A stretch of 63,619 nt of DNA, counting the filler, from Thraustochytrium aureum (lineage: Eukaryota): NCBI GenBank assembly GCA_012862495.1. It is 4 parts of 4 records of this genome, joined end to end, with 100 filler letters (N's around TTAATTAATTAA, not from the genome) between each part and the next. Parts side by side here need not be neighbours in the genome. Positions count along the whole stretch, not along the records: positions 1 to 31,805 come from BLSG01000407.1; 3 more parts are not named here. The stretch is one strand, 5' to 3'. The translations under genes and the position numbers were made by a program. Positions 10,560 through 23,425 of the stretch are shown here, one piece after another; positions within the stretch are counted from its first letter, which is position 1; every line of letters begins with the position of its first letter. Under the pieces are notes generated by a model, which saw nothing but the letters and a program-made list of their open reading frames with translations, ran no database searches and was not told where the DNA came from.

Positions 10560-13500
10560 CTACGTCTTCGACGAGAGCTCGAAGCGCTGGTCGAACCCAC
10601 TGCTCGCCTCGACGCAAATGTTGCGAACGATTGGCGTGCCGCGGCTTTCGGACGGTGGGACAAGGTCCCGTGCTGAGACGCGTTTGGGGCGACGCTCCGG
10701 CCGGCGCGGCGACGGCGACCCGCCTGGACCTGCAGAGTCTTGCAAAGTATTGTGGGCGCCCACCGGCAGGCGCATGTACCAGTCGCGCTGGTTGACAAAC
10801 TTGATAAAGCTGGAAAACACTGGCGACTCCTCCAGCGTCTCGCGCGAGCCGATCACGAACAGCTTGCACTTGGCCCGAGTGAATGCCACGTTGATGCGGC
10901 GCCAATCCCGCAGCAGTGTGCCGACGTCCTTGGTCAAGTTGGAGCGAACGAGCGAAACCACGATGCACTCCTTGTCGCGCCCTTGGTACCGATCAACCGT
11001 CTGTATTTCCAGGCTTGGCTTGTGGCTGTGCAAGTATCGGTTTAGCAGCCGCAGCTGCGACCGATACGGCGAAATAACGCCGATTTGCTCGCGCTGCACG
11101 CCGCACAAGACGAGCCCTTCTACGAGACCTAGCGTGATCCGCGCCTCCACTTCGTTTTCCAGCTTACCGCGCAGGTCGTCCCCTGCGCCCGCGCCCACCG
11201 CTGCCATCGTCGTTTGGCGCGTTGGCGGCGTCTCGCGCCGGGGTTGACTGCGGCGAGCGCTGTGACTGCGTCGGCGAGCAGAGCCCGGCGCCGGCGGTCT
11301 GACTCGAGCGCTCCGGCGTCGGTGCGCCGCCTCCAATGGTGCAGGCCTCGCCTCGCTTGGCCGCTGGTGATGCCTGCACGCTCGATAGACTCCGCCTCAT
11401 GGAGGATCGGCGCTCACGCGCGCCGCCGTCCACCACTTGGTCAGTATCCAGAAAGAGGACCGCTCGCGCGGGGTCGAGCGCATCTGCGAGCCACGCAGCT
11501 TGTGGCTCGGCGAAGATCTCGCTTGGTGGGGCGCTGTAGGCGAGCCGCTGTCTCGCAACGGCCTCGTTTCCGCACCGCAGCTGGTCCTTGTAGATCAAGT
11601 GGTTTGCCAGCTCCATGATATTTTCGTTCATGCGGAATTGCAGCGTCAGGGGGGCCACGCTCTCTGGGCAGGCGCGAGAGAGGCGCTTGAGCAGCGACTC
11701 GTCCATCCCAAGGCGCTTTGCTTGCTCGCTCTTCACGAGCGGTGGAAGCTGTTGGTCGTCCCCAACCAGCACAAACGTCTCGGCGAAGCAGAGGGGCCCA
11801 AAGCACACCGGTTGGGTGAGCTGGCCTGCCTCGTCCACGATGCAAAAGTCAAACCTGCGCCGCTGAATCAGCGGGTGCCTGGCAGCTGTGAGGCACGTAG
11901 TGCCCACGACGAGGGTTGGGTCGACAGCCATCGCTTCGAGCTCCTGCACACTCTTGTGGTTGGCGTCGAGGAGCGCATCGCGCACATCGGGGTGCACGCT
12001 GTCCATCCTTCCGAGCCGGACGAAAGGCTCGCCCACTTGCTTGAGCTTGAGCAGCATATTGTCCACAGCGGTGTGCGTGTACGCGCACACGAGAACCGAG
12101 CAGCCCAGCGTGCGCAGGGCCTGGACCATGAACGCGAGGGTTGTCGTTTTACCAGTGCCGGGCATCCCGTGCACGCAGACGTAGTCCTTGGCGGCCAAGA
12201 CCGTTGCGACGGTGCGGCGCTGGTCCGGGTTGAGGTCCGCATACGCCGCGGCCAGGAGCTGCTGCGATGGCGTCATTTGCCGCGGAGGNNNNNNNNNNNN
12301 NNNNNNNNNNNNNNNNNNNNNNNNNNNNNNNNNNNNNNNNNNNNNNNNNNNNNNNNNNNNNNNNNNNNNNNNNNNNNNNNNNNNNNNNNNNNNNNNNNNN
12401 NNNNNNNNNNNNNNNNNNNNNNNNNNNNNNNNNNNNNNNNNNNNNNNNNNNNNNNNNNNNNNNNNNNNNNNNNNNNNNNNNNNNNNNNNNNNNTCTGCGT
12501 GCAGGACCAGCAGCAGGTTGTTCTTCACGACGCGCATCCCAGAGTAGAGGTCGTCCTTGTCAATTCGCCAGTCGACTGTGGCCGCGTCATCCGCGACCGG
12601 TACAGGCAGCGGAGACGTGGTTCGCACTGCGAGCGAGGTTGCGCCGAGCTCGGTCACAAACCCGGCGGCGACAGCGTGGTGAGCGCCTTCGATGCTCAGC
12701 GAGACATAGTCGCCCTTCTCCACTTGCAACTCAGTGATAAGCGGCATCTCCTCCCCAGGGCGGGCGGCTCGCCGTCGAAAGCGGTTCAGAAATGCGCGCC
12801 CCGTGGGTGAATTGCTCTCCATCAAGGTCTCGGCAAGTCGCATCGACGCCACGCAGCGCCCCTTCGCCTCCCGTGCTGGCCCGCTCAGCGTCCAAATCTC
12901 GCGCTGGTAGCCCTGCGTTGCGGTGGCTTCGAGGTCGATCATGGTGTTCCAAGCCCGAAAGTACTCGAGGTTCCCCGGAGAAAGGTGGCCCACAAGCGAG
13001 CCAAAGCTTGACTCGCTCATCCCGCTCGACTCGGGCGAGCCGCGCTCCAGGGCGACGTGGAAGAGCATACACGACGACTTTTCAAAACAGTTGTCACAGA
13101 CCCCGCAGACGTTGCCGAGCACCTTTGGCAGCGGCGGGGGCAGTCTTTCCATCTCGTTGTCCCTGTCCTTGTCACATTTTTGCACGGTGGGCTGCCCTGC
13201 TTCCGCATCGCTCGAAGAGGACGGCCTTTTCGTGGACCCGCGCATGTATGCGGGCGCTGCGCACGCTGCGATCTGGTTGCGCTTTGCAAGGAGGTAGCTC
13301 AAGTGCTCTTGTTGGCGCCTGACGCCACGCATGTTGGCGACCTCTGCACCCTCGCCCCCATACCCGCGGCGCTGGCGAGTGATGTGCATGAGCAAGCCGG
13401 AGCAGTCGGGAAGGCGAGCGCCTCCGGCGATGTCGTGGCCGTGAAACCGGTCCGCGAGAAGCAGAGAGTACAAGAGCACCTGCGCATCGTGCCCGGCCTG

Positions 13501-16215
13501 GATTCTGCTTCCAGTCTTGAGCTCCAGTGGCAAGAGCACGCGCTGGTGCTGCTGTGAGCCGCCCTGGCTACGGCTGTCTGGGTTGCTTACCGTAGCCTCA
13601 ACAAGCATGTCCGGCTGGCCCTTGAGACCCCAGAGCGGGGAGAGGACAGTGCACTCTGTTGCTACCACTTTGTCCAGGTGCACGCGGGCGTTTGACCCGG
13701 ACTGCATATTGAGCAAGTTGTCGGCATTCTCGCCGCCGTCGACAAACTTGGCCGCAAAGCCCTGAAGCGCGGGGATGAGTCCGCAAAGCTCGGCGCGCGC
13801 AACGTCCTCTGACAGGCCAACACTGAACAGCTCGAGAACGGTGGACGGGCTCGCGATGATATCTTCAATCACCGACTCCAAGACGGCGCGATCAAAGCAG
13901 GGTGCGGGGTGGACCTCCTTCAGCCCAAATGGAAGAAACGCGCGTTCGACGAGCTCGTGCTTGACGTTGCCGAGGACCGAGTGCTTGTTTGCTCGAAAGG
14001 ATTGCTGCGGTGCGCGTCTATTGTTAGCAGGCGATTTCGTGCCGGGGGAAGCGAGGGCAAGCTAGCCGGGGCAACTGAGCAAGCGACAGAAAACGTACGA
14101 CGTGCTCTCCAAGCATTGCGCGGCGCAAACAGTCAAGGGCCCCCGAGACGCGCGTCGGCGGGACCAGGAGATCTGGGCACAGGACGAAAAAGTGGTTTTT
14201 CTCGTCGACAACGACGACTTGGGACCGCCAGTCGGGGGCAGGATCAGTGGTCCAGACCACGTTGACATAATCGCCGGGCTGCGGCCGAGTGGTTGACCAG
14301 GGCTCACGGAGCTCGACCGTTGCAGGCGTGTCGCCCGGACGACTTACCAGACTCACCGAAAGAGCCCCGCTCACCATCCCCTCGGAGACTTGGACGACCT
14401 TGAAGCGCACAAAGTTGTCGAAGGAGCGGCGCGAAGAGGCGCTGGACGGCGGGAGGATTTCAGAGCAAAACGCTGACGCCTTGGCTCTTTCAGTCGCGAC
14501 TCGTCCCGACNNNNNNNNNNNNNNNNNNNNNNNNNNNNNNNNNNNNNNNNNNNNNNNNNNNNNNNNNNNNNNNNNNNNNNNNNNNNNNNNNNNNNNNNNN
14601 NNNNNNNNNNNNNNNNNNNNNNNNNNNNNNNNNNNNNNNNNNNNNNNNNNNNNNNNNNNNNNNNNNNNNNNNNNNNNNNNNNNNNNNNNNNNNNNNNNNN
14701 NNNNNNNNNNNNNNNNNNNNNNNNNNNNNNNNNNNNNNNNNNNNNNNNNNNNNNNNNNNNNNNNNNNNNNNNNNNNNNNNNNNNNNNNNNNNNNNNNNNN
14801 NNNNNNNNNNNNNNNNNNNNNNNNNNNNNNNNNNNNNNNNNNNNNNNNNNNNNNNNNNNNNNNNNNNNNNNNNNNNNNNNNNNNNNNNNNNNNNNNNNNN
14901 CCATCTGCGCCCTGACTGGCACTTGCAAGACCAAGTGCGCGCGCACCTGGGCTGCTCGGGCAGCTCGCGGCTCGGCGAATCTCTGCATCGCGCGGTGGGC
15001 TCGACTCCGCAAAACGCGAGCAGCTCGTCATGGCAATCGAAACACTTCGTATCGCCATAGGCCCAAGCACGCCTTCGAGCTCACCCTGTGAGGACACTGA
15101 CGGCGCGCTGCTCTGGCGTTGGAGCTTGGACATGCGTTCCGTTTCCAAGCGCTTGCGGCGTTCAAGGGCGGCCTTGCGCTTTTGCGCGATCCGTTCTTTC
15201 ATCGGCAAGTCGGCTCGTGGTCCTGGCTGCGACGTGTTATGGCTCGGAGCAGAGAATTGCTCGGGCTTCGGCGGCGTCGAGCTGATTTGGAAGCTCTGGT
15301 GCACAGCGGGCGGTGCACCCCTTGGACCCACGGCCATGGATGTCCCGTGAGAAGGTCGTTGCAGCTTTGGAGCCGATTGCGGCGGCGCTGTGGGCGCCTG
15401 CATTGAGGCCGTTTGCAGCGCGCGCTGCTGCGTCGGAAAGCGGGCAGTCTGGGCCCCGTTTCCGTTCCCTGCGCCAGGCAGGGCCGCTCAGTTGCCTGGA
15501 CCGGGTTGTTCGCATTCGGCACCGTATGTTTGTTGCTGGGCAATGAAGAGCCCTGCCCTGGAACAGCGGCAGCGATGCCGCGCGCCTGAGCGGGTGGCGC
15601 TTGCGATAAGCCGGCAAAGCGACTTGGGGCTCTGTTTGCGGCGACTCTACTGGGTTGTGGTGGCGGAGCCGGCGCGACGAGGTCGGAGGTGATCTGCGTC
15701 TCGAGTTTGTTGATGATCTGCAGCATCTTGTCGGTTCTCTCCTCGGTATCTATCTCTTCGAAATCGCGAGCCAGGTCTTTGGCGACGACTTCCTCCGCGA
15801 GGTCGTCAGTCGCTTCGCGGCCGTCGTCTGCTGTGCTCACGTTGGCGAGCTCGTCAACGGTGCGTTTCGCTTTGCGCGAGCTGCGCTTGCCGCTTGGCTT
15901 GAGCCAGGACTGCAGCAGTTTTTTGCCCTCGGCGCTCTGGGCGACTGTGTCGGCGATCGACGGGGCGTCATCTGGCTCGAATGACTCTGCCAGAAGCCCC
16001 CCGATCGAACTCCGCAGCCGTTTCTTGCCGGCCCGCGCATTAAAATTGGCGAGGATGCCGCCGAGAGCGCTAAGTTCCGACTCGGGCGCGGCTTCTCGAG
16101 CAGTATGTTTCTTGCCTGAGTCATGCGTCTTCCACGAGACCACGCCGCGCTGCTGCGGCTGCTTGGGCGACTCGTGCAGTTCCCACCTTTCAGCCTCCCC
16201 CGTGCCGCCGTCCAT
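10560..16215 (-). CDS. DNA2: DNA2 nuclease/helicase; intron 14005-14098, two gaps, apparent frameshifts near 15455 and 11181
   Basis: Nuclease motifs GNVKHE, WGLKGQPD, PLELKTG and HDAQVLLYSLL; Fe-S cysteines (DCLRR, CDNCFEKSSC); SF1 helicase motifs GMPGTGKTT, AYTHTAVDN, DEAGQ, LVGDDQQLPP, TVDRYQGRDK and RRINVAFTRAK. The start is approximate. Confidence 0.95.
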
Positions 16216-17508
16216 ACCCGGCCGGAGCCACGCACCACCGCTCGCGTCCGTCTCCACGCGGCGCTTCCCGCGTTTCAACGCCGCCCCGTCGCCAAGCCCG
16301 CAGGCGGGTCGTGCCGGCCCCAAAAAACCGAAACCAGCAAAATTCGAAAATCAATCGCCGATTCTCGATCGGCGCAGACCAGCGACCGAAACGGAGAGCC
16401 GAGCCCGCGTGCGCGCCGGTGCCCGCCTGCCGCTCGCCTGCCGCAGCTCGCGCCTGGGCCGCCCTCGCTCTCTCGTTCGCTCGCTCGCCGACTCGCTCCC
16501 CGTGCGCAGCGTTCGGTGTCTGCCAGCGCCTCCTCGCGGTTCTTTCTTTCTGCCCAATTCGAAGTAAAACCATTTTACTCCGTCTCTCATCGGACATTCT
16601 TTCCCTTTCAATTAAATATACTCCGTCTCTCATNNNNNNNNNNNNNNNNNNNNNNNNNNNNNNNNNNNNNNNNNNNNNNNNNNNNNNNNNNNNNNNNNNN
16701 NNNNNNNNNNNNNNNNNNNNNNNNNNNNNNNNNNNNNNNNNNNNNNNNNNNNNNNNNNNNNNNNNNNNNNNNNNNNNNNNNNNNNNNNNNNNNNNNNNNN
16801 NNNNNNNNNNNNNNNNNNNNNNNNNNNNNNNNNNNNNNNNNNNNNNNNNNNNNNNNTAAAAAGCCGCAAGTAAATAGTAATCCCGCCTCTCAGTAACACC
16901 CACCGGGGAAACAAACCGACGAAACAAAACCCCCTCCTCACATAAACCATCCCCCGGGAAAACACACCGACAAGAACTAAATACTCCGTCTCTCACCGTC
17001 GTGGAAACCGCTGGGCGCGCTTCCCCGCGTTCCCAAGAGGGATCCGTTAGGGTAGGACGGAGTTCGGCTTGGGGTTGCGCGGCCGCGTGTTGGGTGCGTG
17101 GACGATGATGGTGCGTGCCTGCGTGCGTGCCTGCGTGCGTGGCTGCGTGCGTGGCGAGGAGGCTCGAGCAGAACGGCAACCGGAGGACGCGAGGACGGCA
17201 GAGGGCCAGGCTGCGGCGCGCGGCGAGGACTGCGGGTCGCGCTGTCGGCTTTGGCGCCGTACCCGCGACGCGGCGGGACGGGGCTTTGTTTGTTGAATGC
17301 GAAGTTGGCGATCGACGAGGAGCACTGGTGGCAAGGGCTGCAGGTGATTGAGCGGCTTCGCGCGGCGGTCGGCGGCGCATCGAGACGAGACGAGGCCGTC
17401 GTAGATTTACGCTGCTTCGAGGTGCCAGAGTGAGGCACCGGCTGCCGGCGCGGCTGTTGTGAGCCTTGCCCTCCTCTTGCCCGAACGACGGGCAAGAGGA
17501 GGGCAAGC

Positions 17509-20421
17509 ATGACAGGAATAAGGGAACGCGCACTCGCGCGCGTGCAGAGCCAGTTGAAGGAAGCTCATGCCAAAGCAAATGAAGCCAAGGAAAAGGCGCA
17601 GGCAGCCGAAGCTCTGAGGAAAGAGCAACAGGAGCAGGCCAAGTTCAAGTGGCGGCATGTTGTCCAAGAAAAGGTATCCGGTCTTGAAATCGAGCGCAAG
17701 GAAGAGGAGCAAGGCCGCACCACATGGCGCGCGAAGGACTTTGGCGGGCAATACCACCGGTCCAAGATCAAGAACCCATACCCAATCGCTGGTACTGCAA
17801 TAGAGGTGGAGCGCGTGCGCAAGGAAGCGGCGGCGAGCAAGGCCGAGCGGTTTGCCGACGGGCTGAGCAAACTCCGCGCAGAGTCCGAGGAGCGCATCGC
17901 TCGCAAGGGGCAGACGGCACAAGATGCCGAGAAAGTCAAGGCAAAGTTTGGCACACGGCGGTATCTTCACGCAGACGTGGACAGCTTGCTAGACGCGCGA
18001 GAAGAGAGGCTGGCCAAGGTCCAGGAGCGGTACGACCGCGAGCGCGGCGCCCTCGGGGCGACGTGGAGCAAGCGGCAGGTCCGCTTTATTGAGTCTGTCA
18101 GAGCCGGCGACGTGGAGACCGTGAGGAGCGTGCTGCAACTCGGCCTCGTCAAGCCAAACGAAGTCGCATCTTTCAACAACGGGCGGACCGCCCTCATCGA
18201 GGCTTGCGAATGCGGTCGCGTCTCCACCGTTCACGTCCTCTTGGACTTTGGCGCAGACCCGTCGCAGAAAGACATGAATGGACGCGGAACGCTCCACGCA
18301 ATGTGGGACCCTGTTCGCGCCCTGCCTGTGCACGAACGGCCAAAGCGCGCGACGGCCCTGAAAAACGTGGAGAGCATCTTGGAGCACCTGATCGCCCACG
18401 GCGTCGACCTGACGATGCGCAACGTGGAAGGGGAAACGGCCCTGCACTTTGCAGCCGAGGCACGGCACACCGGGCTGTGCAGGATGATTCTGCAGAACGG
18501 CGAGACGACCTTGCTTGACGCACGTGACGCCAAGGGCCGCACCCCGGTGGACATGATCGAGGAGGCCACCTCTGAGTGCCGGCGTTTGTTGAGCAACTGG
18601 AAGTTGTGCACAAACGGGTTGCGCCTCGCAGAGTTTGAGCGGGAATGGAAGGCGTTCGTGGACGACGCCAAGCCAGGGCCGCGGCTAGCGGTTGGCGCAA
18701 GCACGAAAAAGGTCTTGCACGATCTTGAGGTGGCCGACTGGGGCCGCACGGCGCAGTCGATCATGAGCGAGACGCTCCTGACGCAGGCGGCGCGCGAGGC
18801 GGCCGAGGCGTCGCTTGAGGCCGAGCGGGCAAGGGTCCGCCAGCCGGGCAAGACTGAGAGCGCAAGTAGTAATCGTGATGTGGAGGTGGACAATGCCAGC
18901 AAGCCGGTGCTGGACTTTGTGCGCGAAGCGCAGCTTCACTATACGGCGACCTACAGGGCCCGCGTGCAGGAGGAGAGGCGGCGGCTCAAACCGTCGGACC
19001 GCAAGCTCACGCTAATCGAGTATCTCGTGGGTTCAGACGTGCGCAAGCGGGCCGAGGCACACGACATGAGCAAGTCGGTTCGAGGACGCAAGCACAAACT
19101 GCAAGCGCGGCGTATTGCCCTCGGCCAGTCGCTCCTGAGCGACAAGTATCAGGGCGGGCCGCGCATCGAGCACCCGGCAGGGAAGGGCGGGGCCGGTTCT
19201 GCGGCGGCGGCGGCGGCAACGACAGCGGCGGCGGACGACAATCTGAGCGGCGACGCGTGGATCAATAACGCGACCCTGACACGGCCCTGGACCGCATCGG
19301 CGCTCGCCCAGCCGGCGCAAGCTACTCGCCTTGCAATCCGGCATCGCGTTGCCGCTGCGAGCACGTGTCGCCCAAGCACGAGCAACACGATTGCCACGAC
19401 GGTCCAGAGCTATGCCAGGCGGCGCGCTGCGGTGCCGTCCGAGGACGTGATCGTGAACCGGAGCGAGTTGGTCGTCTCTGGCGCAGTCAGCCTCAGCGCA
19501 GCCGCCGCTGTCGCCGGCAAGTCGGCGACCGAGACGCTCGCCGAGAAAATTGGCAAGTACTCGAAGCGCGAGACAGTTCGGCTTAGTGACATGTACCAGA
19601 AGCCCGCCCAGAGGGACGCCAAGGCGGTCGGGAACGACTCTGAGATCGGCTCGACGAGCGTGCACTCTGCGAAGGCCTCTGCAGCAGCAGAGTCTAGCTC
19701 AGCCGATACCTGGGGAAGCGAGGTCAGCGTGCACAAGCGCGCCATTCGGCGACAAGCGCTCGCCACGACGCGTCCAGTTGCTGCGGACGCGTTCAAGAGC
19801 ATCGAGGCCCTCCGCGCGGAGGCCGAGTATGCGCGGTCACAGACGGCCGAGAGGTCGAAGCGGAGGCAGCTGAACGAGTCTCGGGTCTTGCCGCCCCGTG
19901 TTGACGAACGCGCGGTGATGAGCTCGCTCAAGCTAAGCAAAGGAGGAAAGAGTCGCTTTTCCAGGATCGAGCTCGGCGACGCGCTCGCCGTGCTTGAGCG
20001 CAAGCTGGGCCGCAGCAAGCTCCCGCGCGTGTTGCGTGAGGCGCTGCTTCGTTCAGTCGACTCTGATGGCGCGAACGGGCGCGAGAGCATCTCACTCGAG
20101 GAGTTGCGTGTGCGATTTGCCGTGTTCATGTACAATGGCGAGGAGATCAACGCAGAGCCGGTGCTTGACGCGTTGGAGCGCTGTCTGACGGCCAAGCACA
20201 AGTTTGACATGCTGCACACGAGCCTGACGCCGTACTGCGACTTTGCCTCGCAAGGTCCGCCGCGGCCGACCCCGTATGAGGAGCGCCCTGTTAACTCTGA
20301 GCCTTGGTCGAGCCCCTATGCTACGGCTTCCTTTTCGAATGCATTCCTTGCGCGACACGAGGAGAACCCGTTTGTCGGGCGCCAGTTTGACCCCGCCATG
20401 CTCAAGACCCAGGTCCCGTGA
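17509..20421 (+). CDS. Ankyrin-repeat and coiled-coil protein (970 aa)
   Basis: Uninterrupted ATG ORF with ankyrin consensus repeats GRTALIEACECG, GRGTLHA, GETALHFAA and GRTPVD. Confidence 0.85.
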   Translation: MTGIRERALARVQSQLKEAHAKANEAKEKAQAAEALRKEQQEQAKFKWRHVVQEKVSGLEIERKEEEQGRTTWRAKDFGGQYHRSKIKNPYPIAGTAIEVERVRKEAAASKAERFADGLSKLRAESEERIARKGQTAQDAEKVKAKFGTRRYLHADVDSLLDAREERLAKVQERYDRERGALGATWSKRQVRFIESVRAGDVETVRSVLQLGLVKPNEVASFNNGRTALIEACECGRVSTVHVLLDFGADPSQKDMNGRGTLHAMWDPVRALPVHERPKRATALKNVESILEHLIAHGVDLTMRNVEGETALHFAAEARHTGLCRMILQNGETTLLDARDAKGRTPVDMIEEATSECRRLLSNWKLCTNGLRLAEFEREWKAFVDDAKPGPRLAVGASTKKVLHDLEVADWGRTAQSIMSETLLTQAAREAAEASLEAERARVRQPGKTESASSNRDVEVDNASKPVLDFVREAQLHYTATYRARVQEERRRLKPSDRKLTLIEYLVGSDVRKRAEAHDMSKSVRGRKHKLQARRIALGQSLLSDKYQGGPRIEHPAGKGGAGSAAAAAATTAAADDNLSGDAWINNATLTRPWTASALAQPAQATRLAIRHRVAAASTCRPSTSNTIATTVQSYARRRAAVPSEDVIVNRSELVVSGAVSLSAAAAVAGKSATETLAEKIGKYSKRETVRLSDMYQKPAQRDAKAVGNDSEIGSTSVHSAKASAAAESSSADTWGSEVSVHKRAIRRQALATTRPVAADAFKSIEALRAEAEYARSQTAERSKRRQLNESRVLPPRVDERAVMSSLKLSKGGKSRFSRIELGDALAVLERKLGRSKLPRVLREALLRSVDSDGANGRESISLEELRVRFAVFMYNGEEINAEPVLDALERCLTAKHKFDMLHTSLTPYCDFASQGPPRPTPYEERPVNSEPWSSPYATASFSNAFLARHEENPFVGRQFDPAMLKTQVP

Positions 20422-21088
20422 GCGCGGTTGATTAGTACCTAAACGACTATAAATGTAGAGTAGCTGTAGCAGCGGCGGGAAACCAATACCCTACTTGTTG
20501 TTGTTGTTCGACTACCGGATTGGCTCGGGCGCCAAGCGAGGCGTTCCTCTCACCTCGCGAGCCGAAGCCGCGCCCGCGTCCCGTCAAAGGCAGCGAGCTC
20601 CAAGCGGGACATCTCGACTCGCGAGCGCGCTCAAAACGATGACGCAGAGGACTGACTTCCGCAGACCAAGCTTTGATGGATGCCTTGACGGCAAAACCGC
20701 AACTCCGCTCTTGCTTGATTGAAGAAGGCTGTTGGGTTTGGCGCGCGCGACATGGGTGCTTCGCGTCAACCACCTGCGACTTGATGCCGCTTCCGAGAAA
20801 GACACGGCCCTGCAAGGGGCCGGATGGGGCCGCCACGTCGCGCATCTCGAGAGCAGAGTCTCCATCATTTTGGACAATCATGATCATTTGGACAAAGGCG
20901 AGGCGAACGAAAACCGACCATTCGCTGTACGACGATCGCAGCTCCCGCGCAGAGCAGCGTGGACGTCCGGGCAATCAAAGCCTTGCACGCCGAGTGGGCT
21001 GCGGCACCGCGCTACGCCTGCTGAAGAGTGGCTTCCCTGCACGAGCAGGCGCGCTTCGCGACACGAACGAGTTGTCCGCCGACGGAAG

Positions 21089-22055
21089 ATGAAGGGGTAC
21101 TGCCTGGTTACCGTAAGTGCGTGCGAGCGAGCGAGCGAGCGACGTGCGTGCGTGCGTGCGGCGTGCGAGCGTGCAGGCGGGCCGTCCGCAAAACGGCTTT
21201 GCTAAGCCCGCAGCTTGCTGAGGGTCGGCATGGCGCGAGATTGGCACTAACGCCGCGAGGTCCTTGGGGCAGGGCGCGTCCAGCGGAATCGGAAGGGCGA
21301 TCGCAGTGCACATGTCGCGGCAGGGATTCGGTGTCCTGGCCGTCGCGCGCCGCGAGGAAAAGCTCGCCGAGACACGGTCTCTGGGCGTCTCGGACAACAT
21401 CACGACCGTGGCCGCTGACGTCTCGACACTCGAAGGCCGCGCCGCGATCGCTGCCAAGGTGCGGGAGGTGTGCCCGAGAAAGCTCAACTATGTGGTGCAA
21501 AACGCGGGCGTGATCGGCAAGATCCAAAAGGCCATGGACGTAGACTACGAGTCGTGGAAGGCCGCCTTTGCGGTCAACGTGGACGCTCCGCTGTTCTTGA
21601 CGCAGCAGCTCTTGCCCGAAATGGCGAGCGGCGGCCGCATCCTCCACGTCGGCAGCGGGGCCGCGCACGGGCCGATGGACGGGTGGATCACGTACAACAC
21701 GACGAAAGCTGCGTTTTACATGATGTACAAGTGCCTGAACAAGGAGCTGGCCTCGCAAGGCGTGCACGTGGGCAGCCTCAAGCCGGGCGTGATCGAGAGC
21801 CCGATGCAGGAGACCATCCGCGCCGCGAGCAAGGAGGCCATGGAGCTCGTCGACAACTTTCGCAAGATGAAGGAGAACGAGTACTGCGGGTCGGACCTGG
21901 ACAAGCCGCACAAGCCGCCGACGAACGGGCTGGACACGGCAGCCAACGCCGCGCACTTTATCGGCTTTCTGCTCACCGAGACGGACGCCGACGAGTTTGG
22001 CGCCAAGGAGTGGGACATCCGCGACGAGGAGCACCACTCGCGCTGGATCAAGTGA
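21089..22055 (+). CDS. Short-chain dehydrogenase/reductase (benzil/sepiapterin reductase-like); exons 21089-21112, 21273-22055
   Basis: Splicing GTAAGT 21113..CAG 21272 gives LVTGASSGIG. NAG, SGAA, YNTTK (YxxxK) and PGVIESPMQ motifs are present. Confidence 0.92.
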
Positions 22056-22232
22056 CGCCGTACCAACGCAGACAGAGCAGCAGCCCAGTGCGCGCTGCGG
22101 CAACCGGAGGAGTAGGGCGGGTGGGCCAATCAGGCAAGAAACGTAGCTTAGCTGCGCGCGCATTACCCAGGCCAAGCGGCCGCCGCTAGCACTACAATTG
22201 CAAACAGGACGCCACGCCAGGCGGCCAGCTGC

Positions 22233-22515
22233 TCAGCCCCCGATGATGATGTTGTTGATGGGGATGTGGATCAGCTTGACGAAGAACCCAATGAACCCCA
22301 TGATCAAAAACCCCGCCGACGTCGCGCGCGCCACCGCGAGAAACTCCTTCTGGTCCGGCTTGGTGCTGCGCCGCGCCGCCGGTCAGCCGCCGCCCGCAAA
22401 GCCCCGACAACCGCCCAGCAACATCAGCATCCACCTACCACTTCTTCACCAGCTGCACGCTGTCCTTCGCAAACTTGCGCAGCGGCTCCACCACATTCTC
22501 GTTCAACTGGTTCAT
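22233..22515 (-). CDS. SEC61G: Protein translocon subunit Sec61 gamma; exons 22515-22439, 22365-22233
   Basis: The spliced product is [69 protein letters not shown], using a 73-nt GT-AG intron. It is absent from the ORF track. Confidence 0.97.
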
Positions 22516-22697
22516 CCTGCCTGCCTGCCTGCCTGCCTGCCCTGCCTGCCCGAGTACCTGACTGCCTGCTGCTCAACCACAAAACCCAGCCTCGCGCCCC
22601 GCGTCAAGCAACCACGCACAGCGCAGCCTTCCTACTCGCCTGCCCACCTGCCTGCCTGCGTGCCTGCGTGCCTGCCTGCGTGCCTGCCTGCCTGCCT
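22516..22697. repeat. (CCTG)n microsatellite tracts upstream of Sec61 gamma
   Basis: Direct observation; similar tracts occur at about 410-428 and 56471-56552. Confidence 0.8.
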
Positions 22698-23269
22698 TCA
22701 ACGGTGTCTGCCGCAGCCGCAAGCACACCCTGCGCGCTGCCGNNNNNNNNNNNNNNNNNNNNNNNNNNNNNNNNNNNNNNNNNNNNNNNNNNNNNNNNNN
22801 NNNNNNNNNNNNNNNNNNNNNNNNNNNNNNNNNNNNNNNNNNNNNNNNNNNNNNNNNNNNNNNNNNNNNNNNNNNNNNNNNNNNNNNNNNNNNNNNNNNN
22901 NCTCTCCCTCCCTCACCTCCTCAGCGCCGAGGCAACTGCCACGCTGTCACAGGCTTGCGGGGGCATCCGGCGCTCCACTGCACCTCTCCGGTCTACACCT
23001 CCTCGCAGGGTACTGCTTGGATTGGGTTTACTGTGGAGATCGAGGGGATAGATTGCCCGAGATGGTACTGGTTACTGCTATCTACAAGCAGGCATTAGGT
23101 GGGTTGGGGGGTAGAAGGGGATTGAAGGGGATTGGGCGGTGGAGCTGGGATGGGTTTGGTGAAGGGGCGCTGCGGGAGGAAGAGCCGCGAAAGGGCAGCT
23201 GGCGATGGCGACCTAACCGCGCGTTCGGGCACCCTGGATTCACCCGCTATTTTGTTTACGCTGGTGCTT

Positions 23270-23425
23270 CATTCTTTGTTCTTTTTCCTTTGTTCGTTTG
23301 TTCGTTCGTTTTCCTTTGTTCGTTGATTCTTTTGATCGTTGATTCTTTTGATCGTTTGTTCGTTCATTCTTTAGTTCGTTAGTTTTTTGTTCTTTTGATC
23401 GTTGATTCTTTTGCTCGTTGGTTTG
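23270..23425. repeat. T-rich degenerate tandem repeat (TTGTTCG / TTTTGATCGTTGATTC units)
   Basis: Several copies of gttgattcttttg(atcg) and ttgttcgtt in an otherwise GC-rich window. Confidence 0.7.
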
